Program-made: the position numbers and the translations under genes
In this document: positions 1 to 10,504 of the stretch, in pieces
Numbering within the stretch: the first letter of the stretch is position 1
How the letters are laid out: every line of letters begins with the position of its first letter
NCBI GenBank assembly: GCA_963827235.1
Contig: CAWHAE010000017.1
Coordinates: 189,287 to 253,286 of the forward strand
Reading direction: 5' to 3'
DNA from: an uncultured bacterium
GTDB lineage: Bacteria > Chloroflexota > UBA5177 > JANWHV01
Length of the DNA: 64,000 nucleotides
The notes under the pieces: model-generated
The model's input: only the letters and a program-made list of their open reading frames with translations
What the model was told of the DNA's origin: nothing
The model's database searches: none

Positions 1-112
1 CAGGACGGCCTAGGGCGCCACCCGGGCCACCTTCGGGTCGTCCAGGACCGCGCGTCCCCGGTCGCACGCTCGTGCCCCCACCCGCAGAGGTCCCAGCTAC
101 GCGGGTGCTCAT
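1..112 (-). CDS. N-terminus of probable partner ABC half-transporter (runs off window)
   Basis: ATG at 112 overlaps the stop of the upstream ABC gene (ATGA). Open Gly/Pro-rich leader MSTRVAGTSAGGG...GPGRPEGGPGG, typical of the second subunit of heterodimeric exporters. Confidence 0.55.
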   Translation of the reverse strand, partial: MSTRVAGTSAGGGTSVRPGTRGPGRPEGGPGGALGRP

Positions 113-1836
113 GCGATCTCCTCCTCAGAAAGTTGCGAGCTCACAATCTCGCGGTAGACAGCGCAGGTATCCATCAAGTCCCTGTGGCAGCCGATCCCCA
201 CGACGTGCCCGTCGTCCAGCACAATGATCTGGTCGGCGTCCATCACGGTGGCCACACGCTGGGCGATGATGATAGCGCATGCATCGGCAAGCTGGCCCTT
301 GAGCGCTGCACGAAGTCGGGCATCGGTCTTGAAGTCCAGGGCCGAGAAACTGTCGTCAAACACGTAGATCTCAGGCTTGCGGACCAACACCCTGGCGATA
401 GCCAGGCGCTGTTTCTGACCACCCGACATGTTCGTGCCACCCTGCGCAATGGAGGAATCGACGCCGTCTGACATGCTCTGCACGAAGTCGGCAGCCTGCG
501 CGACAGAGACAGCCTGCATCACGGCAGCCTCCGAGGCGTTCTTGTTGCCGTAGCGGATATTCTCGGCGACGGTGCCGCTGAACAGCACGGCGCGCTGGGG
601 CACGAAGCCGATTCTCCGGCGCAGCTCCGCCTGGGCGATATGTCGAATATCGACGCCATCAACCAGGATTCGCCCGGCATCGACGTCGTAGAACCGTTCG
701 AGCAGATGCACCATGGTGGACTTGCCCGACCCAGTCCCACCGATGATTGCCGTCACCTCGCCACGTCGTGCGCCGAACGAGACGTCCTCGATGGCCGGTT
801 GTTCCGCCCCGGGGTAATGGAATGTCACCCGATCGAACTCGACATGCGCGTGCTCGAGCGAGATCGAAACGGATTGGGCAGGGTCGACGATGTCCGGCTA
901 TGTGTCGAGCACTTCGTTGATGCGGACCGCCGACGCTGCAGCGCGAGGCACCATGACAAACATCAGGGAGACCATGAGCACGGAGAACATGATCTGCGTG
1001 GCGTACTGCAGGAACGCCATCAGGGAGCCGACTTCCATGCCACCGGCGTCGATACGCACTGCGCCGAACCAGATAATCGCGATACTCGCAAAGTTCATGA
1101 TCAGCATCAAGGCGGGGAAGGTGAATGCCATGATGCGATTGACACGGATGGCATTGTCCGTCAGGTCCGCGTTGGCGTCCCGAAAACGCTCATGCTCGCG
1201 ATCAATCCGGTCGAAGGCGCGAACGACGCGGATGCCCATGAGCCCTTCGCGCATGACGAGGTTCAGCTTGTCCAGCTTGACCTGCATCAGGCGGAATAAC
1301 GGCACAGCCTTTGTCATGATCAGCAGAATAGTGCCAACCAGAACGGGAATGGCCACGGCCAGAACGATCGTCAACGGCCGGTCTTTGGAGAAGGCCATGA
1401 TCAGGCCGCCAATCATCATCATGGGTGCCATGACCATCATGCGCAGCACCATGTTGGTCACCGTCATCACCTGCGTAACGTCGTTGGTGGTGCGCGTGAT
1501 CAGGGTGGCCGTGCCGAAAACGTCGAATTCATTGAGCGAGAAGCTGGAGACGCGCGTGAACAGCCTACGACGCACATCCCTGCCCAGAGCGGTCGAGGTG
1601 CGCGCGGCGAGGTAGCTGGCCGCCACCGAGCACAACATGCCGGCGCAGGCGACGAGCAGCATCCAACCGCCGCGGCCGACGATGTAGGTCTCGTTCTTTG
1701 TGAGCACGCCAACATCGATGATGTCCGACATGAGCGTGGGCAGGTACAGGCTGGCCAGACACTGCGCAAAGATGAGCGCGAGAATGCCGGCGATGGAGCG
1801 CCTGTACGGTTCGAGATATCGATAGAGTCGAATCAC
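109..1836 (-). CDS. Multidrug-type ABC exporter (TMD+NBD), interrupted by an in-frame TAG at 898-900
   Basis: TMD (ITRTTNDVTQV, GIRVVRAF), then Walker A GGTGSGKS, signature MSGGQKQR and FDDSFSALD. ORFs 898..1950 and 109..828 share one frame: RINEVLDT*PDIVDP...EFDRVTFHYPG. GTG start at 1836. Confidence 0.9.
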
Positions 1837-1971
1837 GTATCCTGTATCACTTTCTTGTCCGTGTGCCGTTCGAGTGCCCCGGCAGCATATGGACTGCCCC
1901 CTCCGAACGCTCCGCACATTGTTCAGCGCGTATGGTCTCCAGCGCATCACGCCGGAATATCGTCCTGCGCA

Positions 1972-4263
1972 CTACGCGACCTCCTCGCTCTCCGTCGTAC
2001 CGCGCGTGCTGAGTGCCGCGTGGTGGAGCGAAGAAGGGAACCAGTTCCATCTCCCGATCAGGACCACAAGCGAGGGTATGAGGAGCGTGCGGATCAGGAA
2101 CGTGTCCATCAAGATGCCGGCGGCAATCCCCAGGCCGATTTGCTGGATTTGACCGCCCCCGGCCACCGTGAGGACCGCAAAGGAGCCGGCCAGGATCAAG
2201 CCGGCGGAGGTCACCGTGCCGCCGGTGGCATTGATGGCGCGCACGACCGCCTCGCGCAGGGCACCCTCGTGTGCCTCCTCGCGAATGCGCGTCATGACCA
2301 GGATGTTGTAGTCCGAGCCAAGGGCCATGATGAAGATGAACATGAAGAACGGCAGGATGAAACTGATGCCTGCCGCCCCTTGCAGGCCTTGGAAGACCGC
2401 GACCGCAAAGCCGAGGGCCGCGAGATAGGATAGACCGACGCTGGCGATGAGATACCACGGGGCCACGATGCTGCGCAAAACAATGGCAAGCAAGAGGGCG
2501 ATGACGAGCAGCACGACCGGCACCACGCGCACGATGTCGCTCGTGGAGGTGTCGCTGATATCGCGGAACAAGGCTGCTTCACCGGCCACGCCACTTGCCG
2601 TGGCATGGGTCAGCGTTGCTACCTGAGACACGGCCTGGCGAATGCTCGGCACTGCCTGCATCGCTTGGGTCGTGGTCGGATCGCCCGCGGCCAGCGCCAC
2701 GTAGAACTGCACGGTCTTGCCGTCGGGGCTGATGAACTGCGCCGTGGATCGATAGGCGTTGTACAGCGCGGCCGAGACAGTGCTTCCCGCTGCCTGCACG
2801 GGCGGCAGGGCGACCGCCGACCCGAGCTTCGCATGCAGCGTGATCAGCTCGGCGACCGAGAGCGCCGATCCATTGGGATCCAGGGGGCCGCTCACCGCAG
2901 TGAACACGGTTTTGGAGCGCAGCGCGGCGTCCGCCTTCTCCAGCACGGTGGGTTGTTGCCAGACCGATTGGGCGTAAGTGAAGAGCACGTTGGTTGGGTT
3001 GGCCTGTGCGGCGGGAAAATGCGCGGTAAGGACCGCGGTGCCCTGCGCCGACTGGCTGGTGGTGCTGGTGGTACCGTTGTCGCCAAAGCCCGACGCACGG
3101 TACTGCGTGACGCCGAGCGCGAGGCCACCGAAAAGGAGCAGACCGATCGCCAGCGTGCGCCCGGGTCGCTGCAAAATGAAGGTGGCGATACGTCCCCACG
3201 CGCCGATCCGGCTCTTGCTCGGGCGGGCACCGGTAGGCCAGAACGCGGCGGACCCGAAGATCGCCAGCAGGGCCGGCGTGAACGCCAAGCCGACCAGCAG
3301 CATGACGGCGATGGCAATGGCCAGGGCCGGACCCAGGCCCTGGTAAAAGCCGAGGCGGGCCACCAGCAGGCAGAGCAGTGCGCCGATAACCGTACCGGCA
3401 GAGAACGTGATCGTCTCACCCACCCGTGCGACGCTCTTGGCGATGGCCGCGTGCAATGCCAGTCCACCGCGCAGCTCTTCCCGGACGCGGAAGACCAGGA
3501 AGATGCCGTAGTCGGTGCCGGCGCCGAGCACCAGGATCACCAGCAGGATCTGGGTGATGGGCGACACCTGCACCCCAAAGAGGTCGTGCGCCTTCGCGAT
3601 GATCGGCTCAGCCAAGAGCACTGCCAGCCCCGCGGGCAGCAGCGTCAACAGCGGCGCCAGCAACGAGCGGTAGACGAGGAATAGCAGCACGAGGATGAAT
3701 ACCACCGACAGCAGCTCCGTCGTCGCCAGGGTCTTGTTGCTGGCCTGCTGGTTGTCCACGCTCGTTGCCAGATCGCCGGTGAGATAGAGCGACAGGCCGG
3801 AAGGCGCGTTGGCGCGCGTGAACGTGGCGCGTAGGGCGTCGACCACGGTCGTGCTGTCGGACCCTCCCTGTGAGGCGCCGGCCCCCAGCTCGACCAAGGC
3901 CTTACGCGTCGTGCCATCAGCGGAGATCCCCTCATCGCGGACTACAGCCACGTTCTTGACGTGCGCGGCGACGGTCTCGACGCGCGAAATGGCCGCCTGA
4001 TCGCCGGCCGTCAGCGTTCCGCCGGCACGATTGGCCACGATCAGCGCCGTTTGCGCCGTCCCCCGCTCAAAGGGCGCGGCGAGCTGCGCTGCCTGCATGC
4101 TGGGAGTGTCCTTGGGCAGGAAAGCGCCGTTGTCGTTGTTGGAGGTGCTCGACAGACTGGGCAGGCCAGTAACGGCCGCGACGGTCGCCACCAGCCAGGC
4201 AACCACGATGAGATAGCGGAGGCGAACGACAGTTCGCCCGAGTCCTGAGAAGAGATGGTCCAT
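1972..4263 (-). CDS. MMPL family (RND superfamily) transporter
   Basis: Two MMPL halves with GAGTDYGIFLVFRVREE and ALGSDYNILVMTRIREE motifs; many TM segments. Start at ATG 4263 is uncertain. Confidence 0.92.
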   Translation of the reverse strand: MDHLFSGLGRTVVRLRYLIVVAWLVATVAAVTGLPSLSSTSNNDNGAFLPKDTPSMQAAQLAAPFERGTAQTALIVANRAGGTLTAGDQAAISRVETVAAHVKNVAVVRDEGISADGTTRKALVELGAGASQGGSDSTTVVDALRATFTRANAPSGLSLYLTGDLATSVDNQQASNKTLATTELLSVVFILVLLFLVYRSLLAPLLTLLPAGLAVLLAEPIIAKAHDLFGVQVSPITQILLVILVLGAGTDYGIFLVFRVREELRGGLALHAAIAKSVARVGETITFSAGTVIGALLCLLVARLGFYQGLGPALAIAIAVMLLVGLAFTPALLAIFGSAAFWPTGARPSKSRIGAWGRIATFILQRPGRTLAIGLLLFGGLALGVTQYRASGFGDNGTTSTTSQSAQGTAVLTAHFPAAQANPTNVLFTYAQSVWQQPTVLEKADAALRSKTVFTAVSGPLDPNGSALSVAELITLHAKLGSAVALPPVQAAGSTVSAALYNAYRSTAQFISPDGKTVQFYVALAAGDPTTTQAMQAVPSIRQAVSQVATLTHATASGVAGEAALFRDISDTSTSDIVRVVPVVLLVIALLLAIVLRSIVAPWYLIASVGLSYLAALGFAVAVFQGLQGAAGISFILPFFMFIFIMALGSDYNILVMTRIREEAHEGALREAVVRAINATGGTVTSAGLILAGSFAVLTVAGGGQIQQIGLGIAAGILMDTFLIRTLLIPSLVVLIGRWNWFPSSLHHAALSTRGTTESEEVA

Positions 4264-4383
4264 GCGGTGTAGTTCTTTTTCTTCGGATGACACCGAGCTG
4301 AGAGTCGATTGACTTGTTCCCGATACGGCGCATCCTCAGCGCCGTATCGGGAACAGGTGTATGGGAGGGCCTCGCCTTACTGC

Positions 4384-5172
4384 TCAGGCCGCGACATCAC
4401 GGCGCCGGAGGAGCGCACCCGCGGCCATAAGGGCGAGAGCCACGTACAGGGTCGTGATTGCCAATGCGGTGCCGTACGCGACGTCGGTAGTGCCGCCACG
4501 GGCAAGCGCGTTGATCACCTGGCCAGGCAGCCACTGTTTGCCCGCCGACCAGGCGGCGCTGAGCAGATTCTCGGCCACGAGCAGGTAGGCGAGGCCCCCG
4601 GCGATGGCCGCGGTGGTGGACCGGAAGGCCAGCGCAATGGTGGCACCTATCATGCCCCAGGCAAGTACTGAAAGCAGGACGTCACCCGTGGCGCTCGCTA
4701 TGGAGCGCACCCCTGTGCCCGTGGACCATGCCGTGGTCGCGATCCCGTGCATCGGAGCCGCCACCAGGGCGGTGACAAAGGCGGCCAGGCAGGCAAGCGC
4801 TGCCGAGAGGGCGACGAAGCTGGCGACCGCCAGCAGCTTGCCGGCAAGGAAGCGCAGCCGGTCTGGCTGGCGTATGAGCAGGTTGCGTAGCGTGCCGTTG
4901 GTATACTCCGTGCCCACGCACACCGCACACACGGCGAGGGCAATCACGCCAAGAAAGGTCGCGCTGTTCGCCAGCAGGTGTGCAAAGCCGGTCGAAGCCG
5001 CCACCTGGCCTGCCGTCAGGTCGAGGCCGTTCGCCCCGCGGCCGCTGCCCAACTGGGCGAGGGTGAGGATCACGGCCAGCACGGCAAAGCCCACCATCGT
5101 GACTACGCCACCGATGATCATGCTCGGGCGCCAGATCTTGAGCCGTTCACTCCTAAACGCGCGGTTCATCAT
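4384..5172 (-). CDS. ABC-2 type transporter permease
   Basis: About 6 TM segments; EYTNGTLRNLLIRQPDRLRFLAGK motif; overlaps the ATPase stop. Confidence 0.88.
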   Translation of the reverse strand: MMNRAFRSERLKIWRPSMIIGGVVTMVGFAVLAVILTLAQLGSGRGANGLDLTAGQVAASTGFAHLLANSATFLGVIALAVCAVCVGTEYTNGTLRNLLIRQPDRLRFLAGKLLAVASFVALSAALACLAAFVTALVAAPMHGIATTAWSTGTGVRSIASATGDVLLSVLAWGMIGATIALAFRSTTAAIAGGLAYLLVAENLLSAAWSAGKQWLPGQVINALARGGTTDVAYGTALAITTLYVALALMAAGALLRRRDVAA

Positions 5173-6155
5173 GCGGCTCCTTCTGTCAAAGTAAAGAACG
5201 TCTCTTCCAGGCTCGTCCGCTCGGAATACAGCTGCGTGAGGACCACGCCCGCCTGCATGGCGCTACGGTTGAGAGCGCCGGCGAACGATTCCGGCGCTCT
5301 CACGCGCAAGCAGCCGTCGACGATCTCGCTCGTATACTGCTGCTTGCGGGCGATGGCGGCAACGATCTGCACATCCTCTCGGCTCGCGGCACGGACGACA
5401 AGTGTGCCTGTCCGCTGTTCGAGCAACGCATCAATCCAGCCCTGGTGGACGAGCCGGCCGTGGTTGAGCAGGATGATCCAGTCGGCCATCTGTTCCACTT
5501 CCGAGAGCAGGTGGCTGCTCACCAGGATGGTCACGCCCTGGTCCTTCAGGCGATAGAGGAGCTCTCGAATTTCGACAATCCCGGCCGGGTCGAGACCGTT
5601 GGTCGGCTCGTCAAGGATGAGCAACGTCGGATCGGGGAGGAGGGAGGCAGCAATGCCCAGGCGCTGGCGCATGCCGAGTGAATAGCTCTTGACCGGGTCG
5701 CCTTCCCGGCCCTGGAGCCCCACCTGCTCGAGCAGGGAATCGATGCGGGCGGCGCTGATGCCACCCAGCGCTGCCAGGATCTCCAGATTGCGGCGGCCGC
5801 TCAGCGTCGGGTAGAAAGCAGGTCCCTCGATCATGGCGCCCACGCGCGAAAGGTAGGCGGTAGACCGTCGAACCGGCGTACCGAACACCTCCACCTCACC
5901 CTCGGTTGGGCGGATGAGCGAGAGGAGCATGCGAATTGTCGTGGTCTTGCCGGCTCCGTTGGGTCCGACGAATCCGGCAATGACGCCGGTCGGCACGGTG
6001 AGATTCAGGTCATGCACGACAGGGCGAGAGTTGTAGATCTTGGTGAGGTGCTTGGTGAGAACGGCGGGGGCGTCTTCCGGCGACCGCCCCGGCCGGCGAA
6101 CAGGTAAGCGGTGCGCTTCGTGGCGCTGAGGCAGAGAGAGCAAAGGCGTCGACAT
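5169..6155 (-). CDS. ABC transporter ATP-binding protein (BcrA-like)
   Basis: GPNGAGKTT, YSLGMRQRLG, ILDEPTNGLDP, SSHLL. Confidence 0.93.
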   Translation of the reverse strand: MSTPLLSLPQRHEAHRLPVRRPGRSPEDAPAVLTKHLTKIYNSRPVVHDLNLTVPTGVIAGFVGPNGAGKTTTIRMLLSLIRPTEGEVEVFGTPVRRSTAYLSRVGAMIEGPAFYPTLSGRRNLEILAALGGISAARIDSLLEQVGLQGREGDPVKSYSLGMRQRLGIAASLLPDPTLLILDEPTNGLDPAGIVEIRELLYRLKDQGVTILVSSHLLSEVEQMADWIILLNHGRLVHQGWIDALLEQRTGTLVVRAASREDVQIVAAIARKQQYTSEIVDGCLRVRAPESFAGALNRSAMQAGVVLTQLYSERTSLEETFFTLTEGAA

Positions 6156-6255
6156 GGCTCGTGTACTCCTTGGTCATCCGACACGGTGTTCCGTGTCTCT
6201 AGGAGTAGCCTATGCCTTGGCGGGCCGAGCCGCATCCTGCCTGGTAATGAACCTG

Positions 6256-6286
6256 CTCCTCCGCAAGGATGATTCTTGCGGAGGAG
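6256..6286. promoter_or_regulatory. 12-bp perfect inverted repeat between the response regulator and the ABC ATPase (operator or terminator)
   Basis: CTCCTCCGCAAG-N7-CTTGCGGAGGAG, immediately after the regulator stop. A TAGGCT -10-like hexamer lies downstream on the minus strand (6207-6212). Confidence 0.5.
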
Positions 6287-6287
6287 G

Positions 6288-6956
6288 TCAGCTCTGGCCG
6301 GGCGTGACAAAGCCCGACTCATAGGCCAGAACGACGGCCTGCACGCGATCGTGCAGGTCCAGCTTCATGAGCACGTGTGTCACGTGGCTCTTCACCGTCG
6401 TCTCGCTGACCACGAGCTCGGAAGCAATCTGTGCGTTCGAGAGGCCCCTGGCAATCAGGCGCAGCACCTCGAGTTCACGACTCGAGAGGTCCTTCAGCAC
6501 GCCAGGGTCGCCGGTGCGCGGCGTCGGCAGCTCAGCGAACCGCTCGATGAGCCGCCGGGTGATCGACGGGTCAAGCATCGCCTCTCCCGCGTGGACCACC
6601 TGGATGGCCCGAATCAGGTCGATGGGTGGCGTGTCTTTGAGGAGGAAGCCGCTCGCGCCGGCATGCAGGGCGTCGTACACGTACTGGTCGAGATCGAACG
6701 TGGTCAGCATGATCACGCGCGGTCGGAGCTGCACAGCGGCGTTGAGCAGGATGCGCGTGGCTTCGACGCCATCCATCACCGGCATGCGAATGTCCATGAG
6801 CACGATGTCCGGCTGGAGCTCGCGCGCCATCGTCACCGCTTCGAGTCCGTCCGCCGCCTCGCCCACGACGGCAAAGCCCTCGCGCGCCTCGATGATCATG
6901 TGGAAGCCGGCGCGCACCAGCTCTTGGTCATCCGCCAGCAACACCCTGATGCTCAT
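6288..6956 (-). CDS. NarL/LuxR-family response regulator
   Basis: REC domain (LADDQ, LMDIRMP, FLLKD) plus LuxR HTH (LSSRELEVL...SNAQIA...TVKSHV). Confidence 0.95.
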   Translation of the reverse strand: MSIRVLLADDQELVRAGFHMIIEAREGFAVVGEAADGLEAVTMARELQPDIVLMDIRMPVMDGVEATRILLNAAVQLRPRVIMLTTFDLDQYVYDALHAGASGFLLKDTPPIDLIRAIQVVHAGEAMLDPSITRRLIERFAELPTPRTGDPGVLKDLSSRELEVLRLIARGLSNAQIASELVVSETTVKSHVTHVLMKLDLHDRVQAVVLAYESGFVTPGQS

Positions 6957-8149
6957 GGTTGCGGTAGCGGCAGCTGCGCCCGCACGCGAAACCCGTGACC
7001 CGGCAGTGCGCCGGTCTCCAGCTCGCCGCCAAAGAGTGCGACTCGTTCACGCATGCCGATCAAGCCGCGTCCTTCACTCTGTCTATGGTTGTGACCTGCC
7101 GGCCCGCGGCCGTCGTCGACGATATCCAGCTCCAGTGTGTCGTCGCCATAGCGTACCAGAACCTGCACGTGCGCCGGTCCGGCATGCTTCAGGCTGTTCG
7201 TCAAGGCTTCCTGCACGATGCGATAGGCAGACACGTCGAGCGCTTCAGGCAACGGCCGCACGCTGCCCTCGACCTGCAGGCTCACGCCCAGGCCGGCCCC
7301 GCAACTCTGGTTCACCAGCCGCTCAAGCTGCGCAAGGCTCGGTTGCGGAGCGCGCGCTGGTGCCGGCTCATCGCTGCTCCGCAGCACGTTCAGCATGGCA
7401 CGCATCTCCGCCAGCGCCACCCGGCTGGTCTCCTGGATAAAGCGCAGGGCCTCTTGCGCCCGGCGTGGATCCCGCTCCGCGATCTCTCCGGCGGCGGCGG
7501 CCTGCACGGCAATGGCACTCACATGGTGCGCGACGACATCGTGCAGCTCGCGTGCGATACGCGCCCGCTCCTCGCTGACGGCACGACGGGCATTCTCTTC
7601 GCGTTCCGTTTCGAGCCGCCGCGCCCGCTCCTCGAGTTGCGCGAGGTAGGCACGCCGCGTGCGAACGTTTTCGCCCAGGCTCCAGCTTCCCACGGCCATC
7701 GCCGTCGCCCCAAAGAAAGCGGAGGTGATGTTGGCTCGGCCGAGCGGCACCCCGGGGAGCAACACGAGCACGTTGATCACCGCGACTCCTAACCCGAGCC
7801 GCAGGGAGGTGTGTCGATCCGTCCGTGTCGCCACCGTATAGAGTGCGACTGCCATGCCGAGCGCGCTTTGCGTCATCGTGAGGGGCGCGGTCGCAAGGAA
7901 CAGTGCTTCCGCGATCTCGCACACACCGAGCACCGCGATCGGATAGCGCCGGCGCACGATCAAGGGCAAGGTTGAGAGCAGCGTGAGCGCCAAAGACAGA
8001 TCAGAGACAGACGCGGGTACGCCGGATCGCTCTCGCGAGCCATACAGGGCTCCGACAGACATGGCGGTCACCACCACCATCGGGAGGATGTCGGTGCTCG
8101 ACACGGTGCGCAGTCGAGCCCATGTCCAGCCGCCTTCGATCTGTTTCAC
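6953..8149 (-). CDS. HisKA_3 sensor histidine kinase
   Basis: ERARIARELHDVVAH, YRIVQEALTN, DDGRG, GRGLIGMRERV; N-terminal TM helices. GTG start at 8149 is approximate. Confidence 0.92.
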   Translation of the reverse strand: MKQIEGGWTWARLRTVSSTDILPMVVVTAMSVGALYGSRERSGVPASVSDLSLALTLLSTLPLIVRRRYPIAVLGVCEIAEALFLATAPLTMTQSALGMAVALYTVATRTDRHTSLRLGLGVAVINVLVLLPGVPLGRANITSAFFGATAMAVGSWSLGENVRTRRAYLAQLEERARRLETEREENARRAVSEERARIARELHDVVAHHVSAIAVQAAAAGEIAERDPRRAQEALRFIQETSRVALAEMRAMLNVLRSSDEPAPARAPQPSLAQLERLVNQSCGAGLGVSLQVEGSVRPLPEALDVSAYRIVQEALTNSLKHAGPAHVQVLVRYGDDTLELDIVDDGRGPAGHNHRQSEGRGLIGMRERVALFGGELETGALPGHGFRVRAQLPLPQP

Positions 8150-8656
8150 CTGGGATGGCCCCGCCTGGCGGTATCGCCTATCTCTAGTGCCCAGGCAGTT
8201 CGGCGCCGGGCCTTGCCAGTAGCAGCATATCTCTACCTGCACGGCGCGCGCATCCTTCTCAAGGATGATCGCGCGCTGCACGGCGCGGTATCGTTGGGAC
8301 CTGCTGAGATGCGCCACCCTGTGAGCTTGAATGTCATGTCGTTGACCGCTCGTGCCTGCCGCGTACGCGATCGACGCCGGCACACCGTCTCCGCCGTGCT
8401 ACGCATGAGCCGCGGACAGCCAGCCCAGCCATCATCCGGATGCAGAACATGCTTCCAGTTGCGCGAAACGCGTATGTCCTTTCGGCGGCGTCGCGTTGCG
8501 GCGTAGACGCGGAGGGAGGTGGAGAGTAGTCTCATCGCGAAGATCCACCCCTGCGCCGATGCCCTCCCGATTCGCAAGGCCCAGAATGGACCATGTAGAA
8601 CATCACTTCACCTGTTACTACACGGTCCTACAGACCGAGATCAAGGAGACGCACCC

Positions 8657-9187
8657 ATGACCCTGACCGACTACATCATCGACATACTGCTCATTTCCCT
8701 CATCTTCCGGCAGATGCGCACGCGGGAGCTCACGATCCGTTCGGTGCTGCTGCCCGTTGGCCTCATCGGCGTGGCCGGGGCGAATTACCTCCATCCGTTC
8801 ACACCGGGCGGGAACGACATCGCCCTGATCGCCTTCCTGACGACGGTCGGCATCGTGCTCGGCACGCTCAGCGCGCTCACGACCAGGGTGTGGCGGGATC
8901 GCTCGGGTTCCGTAATGACGGAGGCCGGCATTCAGGCCGCGGCGGCCTGGATACTGGGCATGGGGTTCCGCTTCGCATTTGCCATCTACGCCAATTCGGT
9001 CGACGGCGGGCAGGCCGTCGCGCGCTTCTCGGCCCAGCACGCCATCACCGGCGCGCACACGTGGACGACGGCGTTAGTCCTCATGGCCTTCGGCGAAGTG
9101 CTGGCCCGGGTCCTGATCCTCCAGGCCCGCCGTCTGTACGCTGAGCGCGGCGGTGCAGGCGAACCGGGGCGAGCGTTGGCGTATTGA
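8657..9187 (+). CDS. DUF1453-like membrane protein
   Basis: SD AAGGAG before ATG; about 5 TM segments; pattern resembles the membrane proteins found beside HisKA_3/NarL pairs. Confidence 0.7.
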   Translation: MTLTDYIIDILLISLIFRQMRTRELTIRSVLLPVGLIGVAGANYLHPFTPGGNDIALIAFLTTVGIVLGTLSALTTRVWRDRSGSVMTEAGIQAAAAWILGMGFRFAFAIYANSVDGGQAVARFSAQHAITGAHTWTTALVLMAFGEVLARVLILQARRLYAERGGAGEPGRALAY

Positions 9188-9310
9188 GACCCGCGATGCA
9201 TCCTCTGGCCTACATGAAGCCGAAGTCAAGGGTCAGCTATACTGCCTCCAGACTGCGATGTCGTGGTGTCCGGCTGGCGCTCCGAGCCGGCGCCCGAAGG
9301 AGTTGGCGTC

Positions 9311-10504
9311 ATGAATCTGCTGCATCGCCTCCCCGAGCGCGCTGCCCTCGAGTGGCCGGCGGGCTCCGCGGGCGGTGCACGTCGCGAGTCGATATTCTCG
9401 CCGCGTGTGGCCCGCGCGATCTCCATCGGCCTGGTGCTGATCGTCCTGTTCAATGTGGCCCGGGCCGCGCCGACGCTGACAGAGCCAAGTCTGGCGATCG
9501 CCTGGCTGGCTGCGGTTACGTTCGCCTGCGCCTTCCCGTTTGGCATGGAGCGGCACCAGGCGATAGCGGCGAGCCTGTGCGGCCTCAGCGGCGTGACAAT
9601 CCACGCGATCAGCGCGGCGGATCCGGGTGCGACCGGGCTCCTCATGGTCATCATCGCTCTGGTCCAGGCGAGCCGAGCGGGGGCGTCGCTGGGACCGACC
9701 CTCGCCCTGATCACGGGCGGAGGCTACGAGGCGGTCTCAATCGGCACGGCAGGTACCTTCGACGCCGCCGGCCTCCTTTCCTCGGCCAGCGGATTCGTGT
9801 TCGCCTACCTTGCAGCGTCCAATTACCGCCGGCTGCGTGAGGAAAAGCGCACGACAGAGCGACTGCTGGCGGAGGTTCTGGCCGGGCGAGACGCCCAGAT
9901 TCGCGCGGCCACGCTCGACGAGCGCGCCCGCATCGCTCGCGAGATCCACGACATCCTGGCGCACACGCTGTCCGCGCTCGCCGTGCAGCTCGAGGGCACC
10001 CGCTTACTGGTCGAGCAGCGGCCGGGCGATCCTGCGGCCGTGGTTGCCCTGGCACGCGCGAGTGGATTGGCGCGCGACGGTCTGGAGGAAACGACACGGG
10101 CTGTGAGCGCCCTGCGCGGCGACGCCCTCCCTGGACCCGACGAGCTACCGCACCTTGCCGCCACATTCGAGCGCGATACCGCCATTCCCTGCCGGTTTGT
10201 CCAGGAAGGCGCACCCATCGCCATATCCCCCGAGGCGTGCGTTGCCCTCTACCGTACGGCGCAGGAAGCACTAACCAATGTGCGTAAGCACACCGTCGCC
10301 GCCTCGGTTGCCATCAGTCTGCGCTACGGCGTGGATACGGCAGAGTTGACCGTCGAGAATGTCGGCCGGACCAGGACGTCGTCGCTGCCCGGTAGCGGCA
10401 ACGGACTGAACGGCATGCGCGAGCGTGCCGTGCTGGCCCGAGGCAGGCTGGAAGCGGGCCCGACGCCAACCGGCTTCCGCGTGTACCTCTGGTTGCCGGC
10501 ATGA
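9311..10504 (+). CDS. HisKA_3 sensor histidine kinase
   Basis: ERARIAREIHDILAH, YRTAQEALTN, GNGLNGMRERA; GGAG SD before ATG 9311. Confidence 0.92.
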   Translation: MNLLHRLPERAALEWPAGSAGGARRESIFSPRVARAISIGLVLIVLFNVARAAPTLTEPSLAIAWLAAVTFACAFPFGMERHQAIAASLCGLSGVTIHAISAADPGATGLLMVIIALVQASRAGASLGPTLALITGGGYEAVSIGTAGTFDAAGLLSSASGFVFAYLAASNYRRLREEKRTTERLLAEVLAGRDAQIRAATLDERARIAREIHDILAHTLSALAVQLEGTRLLVEQRPGDPAAVVALARASGLARDGLEETTRAVSALRGDALPGPDELPHLAATFERDTAIPCRFVQEGAPIAISPEACVALYRTAQEALTNVRKHTVAASVAISLRYGVDTAELTVENVGRTRTSSLPGSGNGLNGMRERAVLARGRLEAGPTPTGFRVYLWLPA

